Below are positions 1 to 13,494 of a stretch of DNA of 64,000 nt, piece by piece. The position numbers and the translations under genes are program-made. Location: NCBI RefSeq assembly GCF_031769215.1, contig NW_026782015.1, positions 1,550,001-1,614,000 on the forward strand, written 5' to 3'. Under the pieces are notes generated by a model. The model made no database searches, was not told where the DNA came from, and was given only the letters and a program-made list of their open reading frames with translations. Origin of the DNA: Ylistrum balloti (Eukaryota). Position 1 is the first letter of the stretch. Each line of letters begins with the position of its first letter.

Positions 1-1594
1 AAGAAACGTACTGTGAAGTGATATTTGACGAACATTCTTAAACATTGACTTTATACAGTTTTATCACTAATTAGAGCCGCAGAAAATGAACCCGCTTGCC
101 TATTATACTGCAGGCCAACTGCTTTGCAAAAAGATCATTTCCTCGATTGCAAGACCAACACTGGACACTAGAATCCTAAAACTTTGATGGATTTATAAAC
201 TTAGCACCATGATACTTTCATTTTCTATGACTGACTTCCAATAGGGTATAACTACAAGTTTATAAACCTACATTGTGTATCTAAAGTAAGTTTTTAAATT
301 CACTTAATTAGATCAATAGTTTAACAATAAACATTGACTGAAGATTTCACACCCGAGATATTTGTTATGTACACTATTTAGGAAAATTACTAGACCACTA
401 GATTTTCTATTGATTTCAATTTTATCCAGAATAGCTCAATTGTTAAAAAGACAATTTTCCTAATATTTATGTGCCATAATGTTAACTAGCTTTTATATGT
501 GTTTGAATATAAGTTAATCAGTTAACAAGAATACACTGCTGCTGATAATGGAATAACACAGTTAATTACCTGGTAGTCCTTAGATAATTAAGCTGTCAAA
601 ATATATTATGTAACCATAAAATCTCCATGTTTAACATAACAACCGTAACCATCTAGAATGCAAAACTGTACTTCAGGACACACTTAAGTTGTATAAGACT
701 TACTGATAACAGTCGCGTAGTAGTGGAAACATGTTGATGATACCGTCACCGTAATAAACAACGAAACTGCTCATGGATGTTGAGAATCCTTTGTCTACAA
801 CTTTAAAGCCTGTAAGAGGCAAAGACTAGAACAGAATTGTACATTGATCTTTAAAGGACTTCTTCATTAGGTATTGAAAGCGGACTTCCAACCTTATGTA
901 GCGGACTTCCAACCTTATGTATTGGTTGTTGTGTAAAAATCATTGTTGCCTGAAAAAGGGTCAAGGGCCAGTTAGAGAAAATTAGGGAAGATCAATGTAG
1001 CCTGATGGCAGGCCATAAAGGGTTTAACTAAAGTGGACAGTGAGGCGGGGCAAAAATTGAGAAATTCATGGAAGGTAATTGTGGACAGAGAGGCAAAGCC
1101 AAAATTTAGAAAATTTGGGAATATCATTGTGGACAGGGGGCATATCAATATAGACAGAGGGGCTGGGCATATTAGAGAAAATAAGGGGATATCATAAATA
1201 TATGGTTTGGCAAATTAGAAAAAAGTTAGGGGATATCATTATAGACAGAATAGCTGGGCAAGTTAGAGAGAATAAAGGTTAAAGTAAAGTGGACAGATGC
1301 AGGGCCATATTGAAAACATTCGAATAAAATCATTGTGGACAGAGAGACAGGACCAAACGGAGAAAATAATGGTTCGTTTATTTTTGGCACCTTAGCTTTA
1401 TTGATGAAACCCTGAAGCTCAGACCTCTGTTTTTTAGGACCTATATATTGCTGCCTTAGCCTGTTACAAGGTGAGACTTGATAATGTGAGGTTGAAAGGC
1501 CAGGTTTTAAGGTTTCCGGGCTGGAGGATACGTTTGCAAAAGCTGTTAGTTTTCAGTCTCATTTTTGCAAGCTTGTGGACAGCTTGACAGTCTG

Positions 1595-2770
1595 AATTAA
1601 GTTCCTCACAAGCTTCATTACTAACCTGCATATAGCTTCCAAACAGTTAAATGAACTTACAACAAGTTTGTCACAAGCTTCATACTAACCTGCATATAGC
1701 TTACAAACAGTCAAATGACTTTACAACATGTTTGTCACAAGCTTCATACTAACCTGCATATAGCTTACAAACAGTCAAATGACTTTACAACAAGTTTGTC
1801 ACCAGCTTCATACTAACCTGCATATAGCTTACAAACAGTCAAATGACCTTACAACAAGTTTGTCACAAGCTTCATTACTAACCTGCATATAGCTTACAAA
1901 CAGTCAAATGACTTTACAACATGTTTGTCACAAGCTTCATACTAACCTGCATATAGCTTACAAACAGTCAAATGACTTTACAACAAGTTTGTCACAAGCT
2001 TCATACTAACCTGCATATAGCTTACAAACAGTTAAATGACCTTACAACAAGTTTGTCACAAGCTTCATTACTAACCTGCATATAGCTTACAAACAGTCAA
2101 ATGACCTTACAACAAGTTTGCCACACGCTTCATACTAACCTGCATATAGCTTACAAACAGTCAAATGACCTTACAACAAGTTTGTCACACGCTTCATACT
2201 AACCTGCATATAGCTTACAAACAGTTAAATGACCTTACAACAAGTTTGTCACACGCTTCATACTAACCTGTATATAGCTTACAAACAGTTAAATGACCTT
2301 ACAACAAGTTTGTCACAAGCTTCATACTAACCTGCATATAGCTTACAAACAGTCAAATGAACTTACAACAAGTTTGTCACACGCTTCATACTAACCTGCA
2401 TATAGCTTCCAAACAGTCAAATGAGCTTACAACAAGTTTGTCACACGCTTCATACTAACCTGCATATAGCTTACAAACAGTTAAATGACCTTACAACAAG
2501 TTTGTCACACGCTTCATACTAACCTGTATATAGCTTACAAACAGTTAAATGACCTTACAACAAGTTTGTCACAAGCTTCATACTAACCTGCATATAGCTT
2601 ACAAACAGTCAAATGAACTTACAACAAGTTTGTCACACGCTTCATACTAACCTGCATATAGCTTCCAAACAGTCAAATGAGCTTACAACAAGTTTGTCAC
2701 ACGCTTCATACTAACCTGCATATAGCTTACAAACAGTTTAATGAACTTAACAACACGTTTGTCACAAGCT
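1595..2770. repeat. 64-bp minisatellite, about 18 copies
   Basis: Unit TACTAACCTGCATATAGCTTACAAACAGTCAAATGACTTTACAACAAGTTTGTCACAAGCTTCA; period 1681 to 1745. Confidence 0.95.
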
Positions 2771-2881
2771 AACAGCAAGCTGTTTGGGGATAGCTGTTAT
2801 AACCGTCATAGTTTTTAATCACATACCATTCCATTTAATGAACAGATGGAAATGTTATTTCTGACTTTATCTTTTTTCAAG

Positions 2882-3055
2882 ATGGAACTGACTGGCGCTG
2901 GACTTGATGATGGAATTCTGATTTACAACCGAATCCCCAAGACAGGCAGCACTTCCTTTGCTGGAATTGCATATGACCTCTGTAAACGCAATAAATTTCA
3001 TGTCCTTCACGTCAACACTACAAAGAATGCTCACATCCTGTCACTGTCTGATCAG
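2882..3055 (+). CDS. HS2ST1: Heparan sulfate 2-O-sulfotransferase, first coding exon visible in window (internal exon)
   Basis: TTTTTTCAAG| acceptor and CAG|GTATGC donor; 174 nt, phase 0-0; MELTGAGLDDGILIYNRIPKTGSTSFAGIAYDLCKRNKFHVLHVNTTKNAHILSLSDQ contains the 5'-PSB PAPS-binding loop (PKTGST). Confidence 0.93.
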
Positions 3056-3104
3056 GTATGCCTCATGATCTTACTTTTTTTCTTTGGTTTGTGTTCAATT
3101 GTCA

Positions 3105-3570
3105 TTATTGTGTGTGAAATTGTCATCATTTTATGTAAAATTGTAATCATTTCATGTGAAACTGTCATCATTTTATGTGAAATTGTCATCATTCTGTGTG
3201 AAATTGTCATCATTCTGTGTGAAATATTTGAGGGAGAATTAAGGTCTCCAATTTCAGATGAAACAATGAAGAAATGAACATGTGTTAGCTTGAGGGAGAA
3301 TTTGGATCTTTGATTTCTTATGATACAAAGAAGAAATGAGCATGTGAAAGGTTTATTGAGAATTAGGTCTCCAATTTCTGAAAAAACAAAGAAGGAATGA
3401 ACATGTGGAAAGTTGAGGGAGAATAGAGATCGTTAATTTCTGATGAAAAAAAAGATGGGTGAATATGTGGAAAGTTGAAGGAGAATTAAGGTCCCCAATT
3501 TCTCAAGAAACAAAGAAGGAATGAACATGTGGAAAGTGGGGGAAGAATTAGGGACTTCTATTTCTTGTGA
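3105..3570. repeat. Short 21-bp repeat followed by degenerate ~60-bp repeats
   Basis: GTGTGAAATTGTCATCATT units (3105-3225), then GAGAATT...CCAATTTC...GAACATGTG units. Confidence 0.75.
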
Positions 3571-3854
3571 AACTTCCTGTGGTGATAGGTGTCTAATCTA
3601 GATAAACAGAAAATCATTTGCTGATGGCAGAGCATTCATCTTTTTAGGTTACAAGTCACCATATTGAGCATGCAGTTGGTTTTGATAAAGGGTAATTGAG
3701 TTATTTGAAAAATTGATTCAATAATTACTGTGACTCACTTTCATGGTCATAGGAGTCGGAAAAAACCAGGAGACTAAAAGTTATGGTGTTGGATTTCTTG
3801 GTTGGTATGCTGAAGGAGTTTCAAAAATTTATTTCTCACAGAAAAAATATCAAT

Positions 3855-4760
3855 GTAGGTTGTTATGTCAGACTGTTTCTATATGTTTCACCCCTTTGTT
3901 ATGTCAGACTGTATCTATATGTGTCACCCCTTTGTTATGTTAGACTGTTATCTATGTTTCACCCCTTTGTTATGTTAGACTGTATCTATATGTTTCACCC
4001 CTTTGTTATGTTAGACTGTATCTATATGTTTCACCCCTTTGTTATGTCAGACTGTATCTATATGTTTCACCCCTTTGTTATGTTAGACTGTTATCTATGT
4101 TTCACCCCTTTGTTATGTTAGACTGTATCTATATGTTTCACCCCTTTGTTATGTTAGACTGTATCTATATGTTTCACCCCTTTGTTATGTTAGACTGTAT
4201 CTATATGTTTCACCCCTTTGTTATGTTAGACTGTTATCTATATGTTTCACCCCTTTGTTATGTTAGACTGTATCTATATGTTTCACCCCTTTGTTATGTT
4301 AGACTGTTATCTATATGTTTCACCCCTTTGTTATGTCAGACTGTATCTATATGTTTCACCCCTTTGTTATGTCAGACTGTATCTATATGTTTCACCCCTT
4401 TGTTATGTTAGACTGTTATCTATATGTTTCACCCCTTTGTTATGTTAGACTGTATCTATATGTTTCACCCCTTTGTTATGTTAGACTGTATCTATATGTT
4501 TCACCCCTTTGTTATGTTAGACTGTATCTATATGTTTCACCCCTTTGTTATGTTAGACTGTTATCTATATGTTTCAACCCTTTGTTATGTCAGACTGTTA
4601 TCTATATGTTTCACCCCTTTGTTATGTTAGACTGTTATCTATATGTTTCACCCCTTTGTTATGTTAGACTGTTATGTATATGTTTCACCCCTTTGTTATG
4701 TCAGACTGTATCTATATGTTTCACTCCCTTGTTATGTTAGGCTGTACCTATATGTAACTC
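3855..4760. repeat. 36-bp minisatellite, about 25 copies
   Basis: Unit GTTATGTTAGACTGTATCTATATGTTTCACCCCTTT. Confidence 0.95.
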
Positions 4761-5329
4761 ATTTCTTTGTTTCCTTCCTTTTCATCCCTTAGACTCATGG
4801 TTTTCAGTTTTTTCTGGTAAACAGTATTTTTCATAGTTAAAAAAAGCAATTTAGTAAAAGTTACTACATAATTCCATTTAGTCCTGTATCAGTACGCTAG
4901 AAGGAAAATGTCAGAAAATAAAAATTTGTCATTTGATATGGAATAGAAAGTTTGACATGTTGATGATAGTGTATTTGTGCGTGGTTTATTTTACAACTTT
5001 GTGTGATTGATTTCTTCAGTCTACATTTTCTGAATCTCTGTTAAGTGATTTGGTAAGTTTCGCTTAATTTCCCTCTATCATGATCCTCTGCCTACGTAGG
5101 TAACGTAGCCAGTATACTGTTGTAGTATTAGCGTGTTTGAAACTCGTCCATTATGTTTGTCCTCTGTTTGATCTGTAAAACAGGCTACAGCCCTTACATC
5201 ATGTTGGTGAAGAGTTTTATGTTTCTGAGGAAACACTTCCCCATTACTGCACAAGATTGTATCTGTTTTGTTCACTGTTAAAATGATTGAATTTGTTACA
5301 TTATCATCTGTAGAAGGAAATGCAGTGAG

Positions 5330-6560
5330 TATCATCCACAGTCCTTGACAGTCCTCTCCACAGTCCTCCACAGTCCCTCACAGTCCTCCACAGTTCTCCA
5401 CAGTCCCAGACAGTCCTCCACACTTCCCCACAGTCCCAAACAGTCCTCCAGTCCTCCACAGTCCTCCACAGTCCTCCACAGTCCCCCACACTTCCCCACA
5501 GTCCCAGACAGTGATCCACAGTCCCAGACAGTCCGCCACAGTCCTCCACAGTCCCTGACAGTCCTGCACAGTCCTCCACAGTCCCAGACAGTCCTCCAAA
5601 GTCCTCAACAGTCCTCCACAGTCCCAGACAGTCCTCCACACTTTTCCCCACAGTCCCTGACAGTCCTCCACAGTCCTCTACAGTCCCCCACACTTCCCCA
5701 CAGTCCTCAACAGTCCCAGACATTCCCCACACTTCCCCACAGTCCCAGACATTCCTCCACACTTCCCCACAGTCCCTGACAGTCCTCCACAGTCCTCAAT
5801 AATCCCAGACAGTCCTCCACACTTCCCCACATTCCCAGACAGTCCTCCACAGTCCCAGACAGTCCTCCGCAGTCCCTGACAGTGCTCCACAGTCCCTGAC
5901 AGTCCTCTGCAGTCCCTGACAGTGCTCCACAGTCCCTGACAGTCTTCCACAGTCTCTCACAGTCCCAGACAGACCTCACAGTCCCTCACAGTCCTCCACA
6001 GTCCTTAACAGTTCCAGACAGTCCTCCACAGTCTTCCGCAGTCCCAGACAGTCCTCCACACTTCCCCACAGTCCTCAACAGTCCCAGACAGTCCTCCACA
6101 CTTCCCCACAGTCCCAGACAGTCCTCGCCACTTCCCCACAGTCCCAGACAGTCCTCCACAGTCCTCAACAGTCCCACACAGTCCTCCACCTTCCCCACAG
6201 TCCCAGACAGTCCTCCACAGTCCTCCACAGTCCCAGACAGTCCTCCACCTTCCCCACAGTCCCAGACAGTCCTCCACAGTCCTCCACAGTCCCAGACAGT
6301 CCTCCATAGTCCTCCACAGTCCTCAACAGTCCCACACAGTCCTCCACACTTCCCCACAGTCCCTGACAGTCCTCCACATTTCCTCACAGTCCCTTACAGT
6401 TCCAGACAGTTCTTCAAAGTCCCCCACAGTCATCCAAAGTCCCAAACAGTCCCCCACAGTTCCAGACATACATCCACAGTCCCCCACAAACTCCTACAGT
6501 CCCAAACAGTTCCCCATATTATCCCATAGTCCCTATAGTACAGGAATGAGTTCCCCAGAA
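5330..6560. repeat. Low-complexity ACAGTCC(N2-3) repeat
   Basis: Irregular 9-11 nt units ACAGTCCTCC / ACAGTCCCAG / ACACTTCCCC. Confidence 0.9.
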
Positions 6561-7503
6561 AGCTCCCAAAGTCCTCACGACAGCTGAATTTATTTTCACT
6601 CAGTCCCCCAGACAGCTGGACCTAATTTACTTCTGACTCCCCCAGAAAGCTGGATCTAGTTCATCCACAGTCTCCAGACAGCTGGATCAAGCTTTGCCCA
6701 TTGCATCCCAGACAGCTTGATGTGGTTTTCCTGCCACATTCCCCCTGACAGCTGGACCCAGTTTTCCCAACAGTCCCCCAGACAGCTGAATCTAGTTTCC
6801 TTACTGTCCTTAACAGATTGCCACAGGTCCCTACTGTCCTTAACAGAACCACAACAGATCTCGACTTTCTTTAACAGATTTCCAACAGATCTCTACTGTC
6901 CTCAACAGATCCCTGAAAGATCCCTTCTGTCCTTAACCAGAGAATGTGACTAGATTGTCCCATCAGAGAATGTGACTAGATTGGTCAACCAGAAAATGTG
7001 ACTAGTTTGTCCCTTTAAGGAATGTGACTAGTCTCACCAGAGAAAGTTACATGTTTGTCACAATGAAAAATATGTCTTGGTTTTCCCTGAAAAAAAACAG
7101 AACTAGGTCTTTTTTCTTCACTTTCAAGGTCACACAAGTTAAATATGATTAACTCTTTAAGGGATTTTTTCTCAAAAATTAGAAAAAACTAGTCATACTT
7201 TGGGTGAAGGGTTTTCAAGTTTGTTAATATGAATGACCTTGGCTCACTTCTAAGATCACAAGCATCAAATGAACTTTCTTTTTTATCTTTTTTTATGCTC
7301 CTCAAAGGGAGAACATATAGTTGCTGCTTTATCCATCTGTCCATACATTTATCCATCACTCGTTTTTGCATTATTTAGGAGTTATTGCCCTTTGTTATTT
7401 TTCATACTTAAGTTTTTAACTATTCGTGTAGGATAGCCTGCCTTTGACGGCCCTTGGTTTTTTTTTTCGAGGTCACTAATTACCTCATTTTTTATCATTT
7501 CAG

Positions 7504-7589
7504 ATGAGATTTGTACAGAACATTACTGAATGGGATTCCATGAAGCCTGCAATGTACCATGGACACTTTGCCTACATTGAGTTTGGAAG
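7504..7589 (+). CDS. HS2ST1: HS2ST1 exon
   Basis: ATCATTTCAG| and AG|GTAGGT; 86 nt, phase 0-2; MRFVQNITEWDSMKPAMYHGHFAYIEFG resembles the vertebrate VRFVKNITSWKEMKPGFYHGH segment (recalled). Confidence 0.93.
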
Positions 7590-8899
7590 GTAGGTTTACC
7601 TTATGTTCTATTGCATATGTGGGATTAAAAATTTGATGGACCATATAGCGGGAAAGTTTAACAATTATAACATTTAAATGATTTTGCCTTAAAAAAAAAA
7701 GAAAGTCAATATTGAGTGATGGGTTATATTTAGATATTTTAATTTCTCAACTAAAATGATTACCTGGTGATCAAATATACATTATATGGCCTCGCGAGAG
7801 CCTGTCAAGGCCTCTAGTCAGTGTCAACTGGAGGGTTATAAAGTCCTAGACTATATGAAGAACAAACACAGCAGCATGAATTGCATGGCTTTATCAGGGT
7901 TGTGAACACTGTTCACTGTATCTAGTTTACCAACCAGCATTTTCATCCTGGTGTTGCCAAGCTGCAGGAAAATGATTATTGTACCAGCTGATATTCTTGA
8001 ATTTTTTTCCCATTGTGTATTAAGTGAAAATCAAAAGAAAATGGCAAAGGATGGAAATTTAGGTATGCTTGAAATGAACAACTTTTGTGATTTAAATTTT
8101 GGCGATCTATATGTTAACCTGCCAAGTCACTAAAATAATGCTGCATGAAAATTTCTCCCAATATGGTAACTCCTGAAACTTTCTGCTGCCTTAAACCATG
8201 AATCATATCATGAGATCACATACTTGAAAAGAAATTTTTTGTTATTCTGTTCTAAATAGATATTAAAAAAAAACATAGGTAATACTTTGGCGTTCCTATC
8301 CTACAACTCTGTGATTTTACTATTCAGGTGTACAGACTCTGTGTGGACGATGTATGCATGTTGAAGACACAATGCACACACAGTGTTACTGATGGGTAGT
8401 ACAACTCTATGTCTGATGTACAATATAGAAGGCTGAAACAATTATATATAAAGTATCTGAGAGATTTAAGACTTTACCCAATTGTAATCCAGAATGAAGT
8501 GTTTCTTCCTACCCCAAAAACTAAATTGGAATGTCACATGACAAGTGATGCTTGATGGTAGCAGTGACAGCGTAGTAGTTAGCCAAGTTTTTATCGTCTA
8601 TCTAGAATGACTCAAGAATCCATCTCAAAATTATCTCTCCAAATTACACTTTCCTGCTTATAAGAATCATCCATAAAAGGGAAACGCATGATTACAGTGT
8701 ATATAAGCTGAGGGGAAAATTACATTTAATGGTGAGTTGCAAGTGTTGCCTTAATGCTTGTGAGTCTTAATGCTTGTGAGTTAGTTTATGTTGTGTAGGA
8801 TTCTTCCCTCTGTTCGAATCTTTTAAACATTTTTTATGTGTCAAAAATTTTGACGGGACGTATTATGTTGTCGCATTGTCTCTCCATCCATACATTGTA

Positions 8900-9300
8900 A
8901 ACTTTCGTTTGTGTGTCTATCTCCTCTCCTCATTTTCATCCAATCTTTTTTGAAATTGGTAGACTTAATCACCTTGATATGAACCTGTTTTTCCTGAAAA
9001 GCAGTTTGATTAGATAGTGTTTGGAAGAGTTATTGCCCTTTATTGTTTTTATAATGTTAAATCTTGTCTGAAGGTCTCCTCTCTCAGTTTTCAACCAATT
9101 TCTTTCAAACTTGGAACTTTTAATCATCATGACATGAAGTTATTTTTTCCTGAAAAGCAGTGTGATTAGATAGTGTTTGGAAGAGTTATTGCCCATTATT
9201 GTTTTTGTAATGTTAAATCTTGTCTGAAGGTCTGCTGTCTTAGTTTTCAACCAATTTCTTTCAAACTTTGTAGACTTAATCATCATTATGTTTTTTAATG
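8900..9300. repeat. About 155-bp unit repeat family, copy cluster 1
   Basis: AGAGTTATTGCCC at 9026 and 9182 (period 156) with shared CAACCAATTTCTTTCAAACTT. Confidence 0.7.
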
Positions 9301-10599
9301 GCATTGTGATTCTTGAATTTACAATTACAAAATGGAGATCAGCCTTTTTTGAGATATGTCTTCCGTCTGAGCACACGTAAGCAGAAATTTCTTTTAATTT
9401 GATCATATTTCAAACCGTTACACTGCCGAATTGTTCATTTTATCATCTTAATTTTGTGTAGAGATTTTTTTTCAGAGTGTTTCAATAACAGAATGAAATA
9501 TTTGGTGAGAAGTATTCTCGGGTAATGCCATTTTCAAGTTTGCTGAAATTGAATACACTGACAGCCATCTCATTTCAACTACAGAACTAGTTAGCATACA
9601 GATCCATTGGGCCTATTGTACTCTGTTGTCCCAAGCTACACTGATAACATTTAAGGGATTGATGGGTACTGTAACGGCCACCAGGTGGCCATCTTGAAGT
9701 TTGAAATTTAAAGTAATTGCGTTAGTGTCTTTTCTGGGAATCAAATTTCATAGAAAGGTTTTCATTGTCTATTTATATAACCATAGATACAGAATTTATT
9801 GAAGAGGAAAAGAAGAAATATCACAGTTACATAGAACAAAAATATGATTATATGTTGGTGAGTACCAGAATCCCTAATGGATATCTTGTGTATTATGTCT
9901 ACAACGAGTCGTACAAGACAGGTTTTCTGTGCACTGACATCAGCTATAAATTCATTCATTGTTCAATCATTTCGGTGTAAATTTATGAACCAAAATGTTG
10001 AAGAAAAACTTCATTTGTAACTGGTGCTTATAGAATGTGCAGGAGAGGGCAATTTGGTCAGGTACTTGATACAGATTGGCTTCTCTGGAAGAGTTAGATA
10101 CAAGCCTGTCACATCTAATGGTCAACATTTTCTACAGACCAAGTAGACAGAAAGATTTGTTTATTAGCTGCCTGTACTTCAAACACAGTTGAAATGACAG
10201 GAATTCCCAATGCTGTCCACTTACACTACAAGGACATTCATGTCTTTTTGCAAATAGGCCACTTCAAACCAAACAGATTGGTTGAAGAGTTCCAAACTCA
10301 CTAACCTAAAGTAAGGGAAAACAGTCAAATTCAGTATTGAATCAGGAGAGGTCAGAGATTGTATGGCCTTGTACAGGAGAAAACCTGTGGTCTGTCTGTT
10401 ATCATTTGTATTTATAAGAGATGCTGGATTTGTTTTAATACTTAAAGGTGTATGAGTCCTGTAAAGGTAAAGATGCACTGTGAGATTAACACAGGTTAGT
10501 GGATAAATATCAATCATAGTGTCTAAACATTAACACAACAATAGTACTTCTGGGATATACTCTAATCCTATTCCTATGAATGAGCGAAATCGGATTATA

Positions 10600-11975
10600 G
10601 TTTCACCTCCATGATTGTATAACCTCTAATGTTGCCACCTCCATGATTGTATAACCTCTAGTGTTGCCACCTCCATGATTGTATAACCTCTAGTGTTGCC
10701 ACCTCCATGATTGTATAACCTCTAATGTTGCCACCTCCATGATTGTATAACCTCTAGTGGTTCCACCTCCATGATTGTATAACCTCTAGTGGTTCCACCT
10801 CCATGATTGTATAACCTCTAGTGTTGCCACCTCCATGATTGTATAACCTCTAGTGGTTCCACCTCCATGATTGTATAACCTCTAGTGTTGCCACCTCCAT
10901 GATTGTATAACCTCTAGTGGTTCCACCTCCATGATTGTATAACCTCTAGTGGTTCCACCTCCATGATTGTATAACCTCTTGTGGTTCCACCTCCATGATT
11001 GTATAACCTCTTGTGGTTCCACCTCCATGATTGTATAACCTCTAATGTTGCCACCTCCATGATTGTATAACCTCTAGTGTTGCCACCTCCATGATTGTAT
11101 AACCTCTCCATGATTGTATAACCTCTAATGTTGCCACCTCCATGATTGTATAACCTCTAGTGTTGCCATGATTGTATAACCACCTCCATGATTGTATAAC
11201 CTCTAGTGTTGCCACCTCCATGATTGTATAACCTCTAGTGGTTCCACCTCCATGATTGTATAACCTCTAGTGTTGCCACCTCCATGATTGTATAACCTCT
11301 AGTGTTGCCACCTCCATGATTGTATAACCTCTAGTGTTGCCACCTCCATGATTGTATAACCTCTAGTGGTTCCACCTCCATGATTGTATAACCTCTTGTG
11401 GTTCCACCTCCATGATTGTATAACCTCTTGTGGTTCCACCTCCATGATTGTATAACCTCTAATGTTGCCACCTCCATGATTGTATAACCTCTAGTGGTTC
11501 CACCTCCATGATTGTATAACCTCTAGTGTTGCCACCTCCATGATTGTATAACCTCTAATGTTGCCACCTCCATGATTGTATAACCTCTAGTGTTGCCACC
11601 TCCATGATTGTATAACCTCTAGTGGTTCCACCTCCATGATTGTATAACCTCTAGTGTTGCCACCTCCATGATTGTATAACCTCTAATGTTGCCACCTCCA
11701 TGATTGTATAACCTCTAGTGTTGCCACCTCCATGATTGTATAACCTCTAATGTTGCCACCTCCATGATTGTATAACTTCTAATGTTGCCACCTCCATGAT
11801 TATATAACCCCTAGTGGTTTCACCTCCATGATTGTATAACCTCTAGTGTTGCCACCTCCATGATTGTATAACCTCTAGTGTTGCCACCTCCATGATTGTA
11901 TAACCTCTAGTGTTGCCACCTCCATGATTATATAACCCCTAGTGGTTTCACCTCCATGATTGTATAACCTCTAGT
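10600..11975. repeat. 32-bp minisatellite, about 43 copies
   Basis: Unit CCACCTCCATGATTGTATAACCTCTAGTGTTG. Confidence 0.95.
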
Positions 11976-13494
11976 TTTGCTATCTCTGTTAGGGAATTTC
12001 ATTGATTCAACACCTGCAGAGAGATTCTTTCTAAATGAATTTTATATTGGTTACAAGAAAAATGAGCATTTTACTGTCCCACTGATTTTAAAGGTTAGGT
12101 AGTACAGAGTTGGAACAGATTACAAGCCTTGTCTTCCTGATATAGACCAATCCTGTCTTAGATGTTTCAAATCAGATCAGATGATTGTGCTCTGAAAAGG
12201 TCTGCTGATTTGTCATGGTATACAGTATAGATGGAGTGTTAATGATTTCATATGGATGTCATTAGTTTTACGTTACACAACTCTATGCATTTATGCACTT
12301 TGTATGTGCTTTTTTTACATTAGTGTTTTAATGTAATGATATAGACATAGTTATGTCAAAGGTCAATGCAAAATACTCAATCATTTCTTTTCAGAGTGAT
12401 GACTTATAAACTATTAATGCTATATTATCTCTGATACATAAAAAGTATCATCACCGGCCATTGTTTATTGTATTATAATTAAGTCTACTTTTGAGAAACA
12501 TATGAAACAAAATTAACTAAAATCAAAATTATAAAGCCGCTTGACTACAGAACAAGGTAATCAGGTCAGAGGTCAAATTACCAAAGCCGAGGTCAAACTC
12601 AAAACTCAAGACCATTTAATGGTGAATAGTGGGTTGTAATCAAATGTGATTTAAGTTGCCTATTTACATGTAAAGGTCATCAGTTCAGAGGTCAAATTTC
12701 CAATGAAGAGGTCAAGCACAAACTCAATATTTCCTATTGAATATTTTGTTTTGACGTTATGAAGTTAAGTTGACCTTTAAATAAGGAGAATCAGGTGTGA
12801 ACTTACCTACTACAGGTTCAAATATTCCTGTCGTCTTTCACCTGCAGATCTATCATGTTTTATAACAAATTTGGGGAGAGATGTGCATACCTGTAGTTTA
12901 TCATCAATGCTATATGTGTACCCTAGGATGTGTTAAATTTAAATAGATAAACGAATACGAATGACGATGTTTCCTTCCAGACAATGATGAAGAGGTTTGA
13001 AAACTAGTTACTTAAATGGAGAATACCAATTTGGTCTAGAGTTCTGGGAGACCTAATGAAAGTGTCAAGTGTGTACTGTTGGAACATGGTAATGTGTTTT
13101 AGCTTGGTATACAATAAACACCAATTTTCCAGGACAATTTAGACTGTTTGTATGCCTGTGTTACTGTGAGGCCAGAGTCTGCACAAGCTCTGGTATTAGA
13201 CAAGGCCAAATACAGCTGGAGAAAAGTGCATTATTGAACAAGAGCCCAACAAGCTAATGTGTGAGAAGACATGTTTCATGTTCTGCAGGTGTAATATGCA
13301 GGTTGATTTTTTTTTGACAAAAGACTGGTAGTTTTCATACAGTGTTTGCATAATTTTTTTCGAAAATCGATAATCATTGATGTAGTTAGTTTGATATATA
13401 GGAAGTATTTTAATGCTGACATTCAATCTGTGTTACTACCCATCATTAAGTCTGTTGTTTATTTCTCTATAGTACAAGTATCAAAAACCCTAGC

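Noticed and set aside
2846-2881. ATG at 2846 (or 2882) as the HS2ST1 start
   Set aside because: 2846-2881 is a polypyrimidine tract and acceptor. HS2ST1 is a type II membrane protein and no N-terminal TM exon was found in 1-2880, so the gene is treated as 5'-incomplete.
3743-6387. Many overlapping ORFs (MFHPFVMLDCIY, VEDCGGL types)
   Set aside because: They derive from the 36-bp and ACAGTCC repeats and are open in several frames on both strands.
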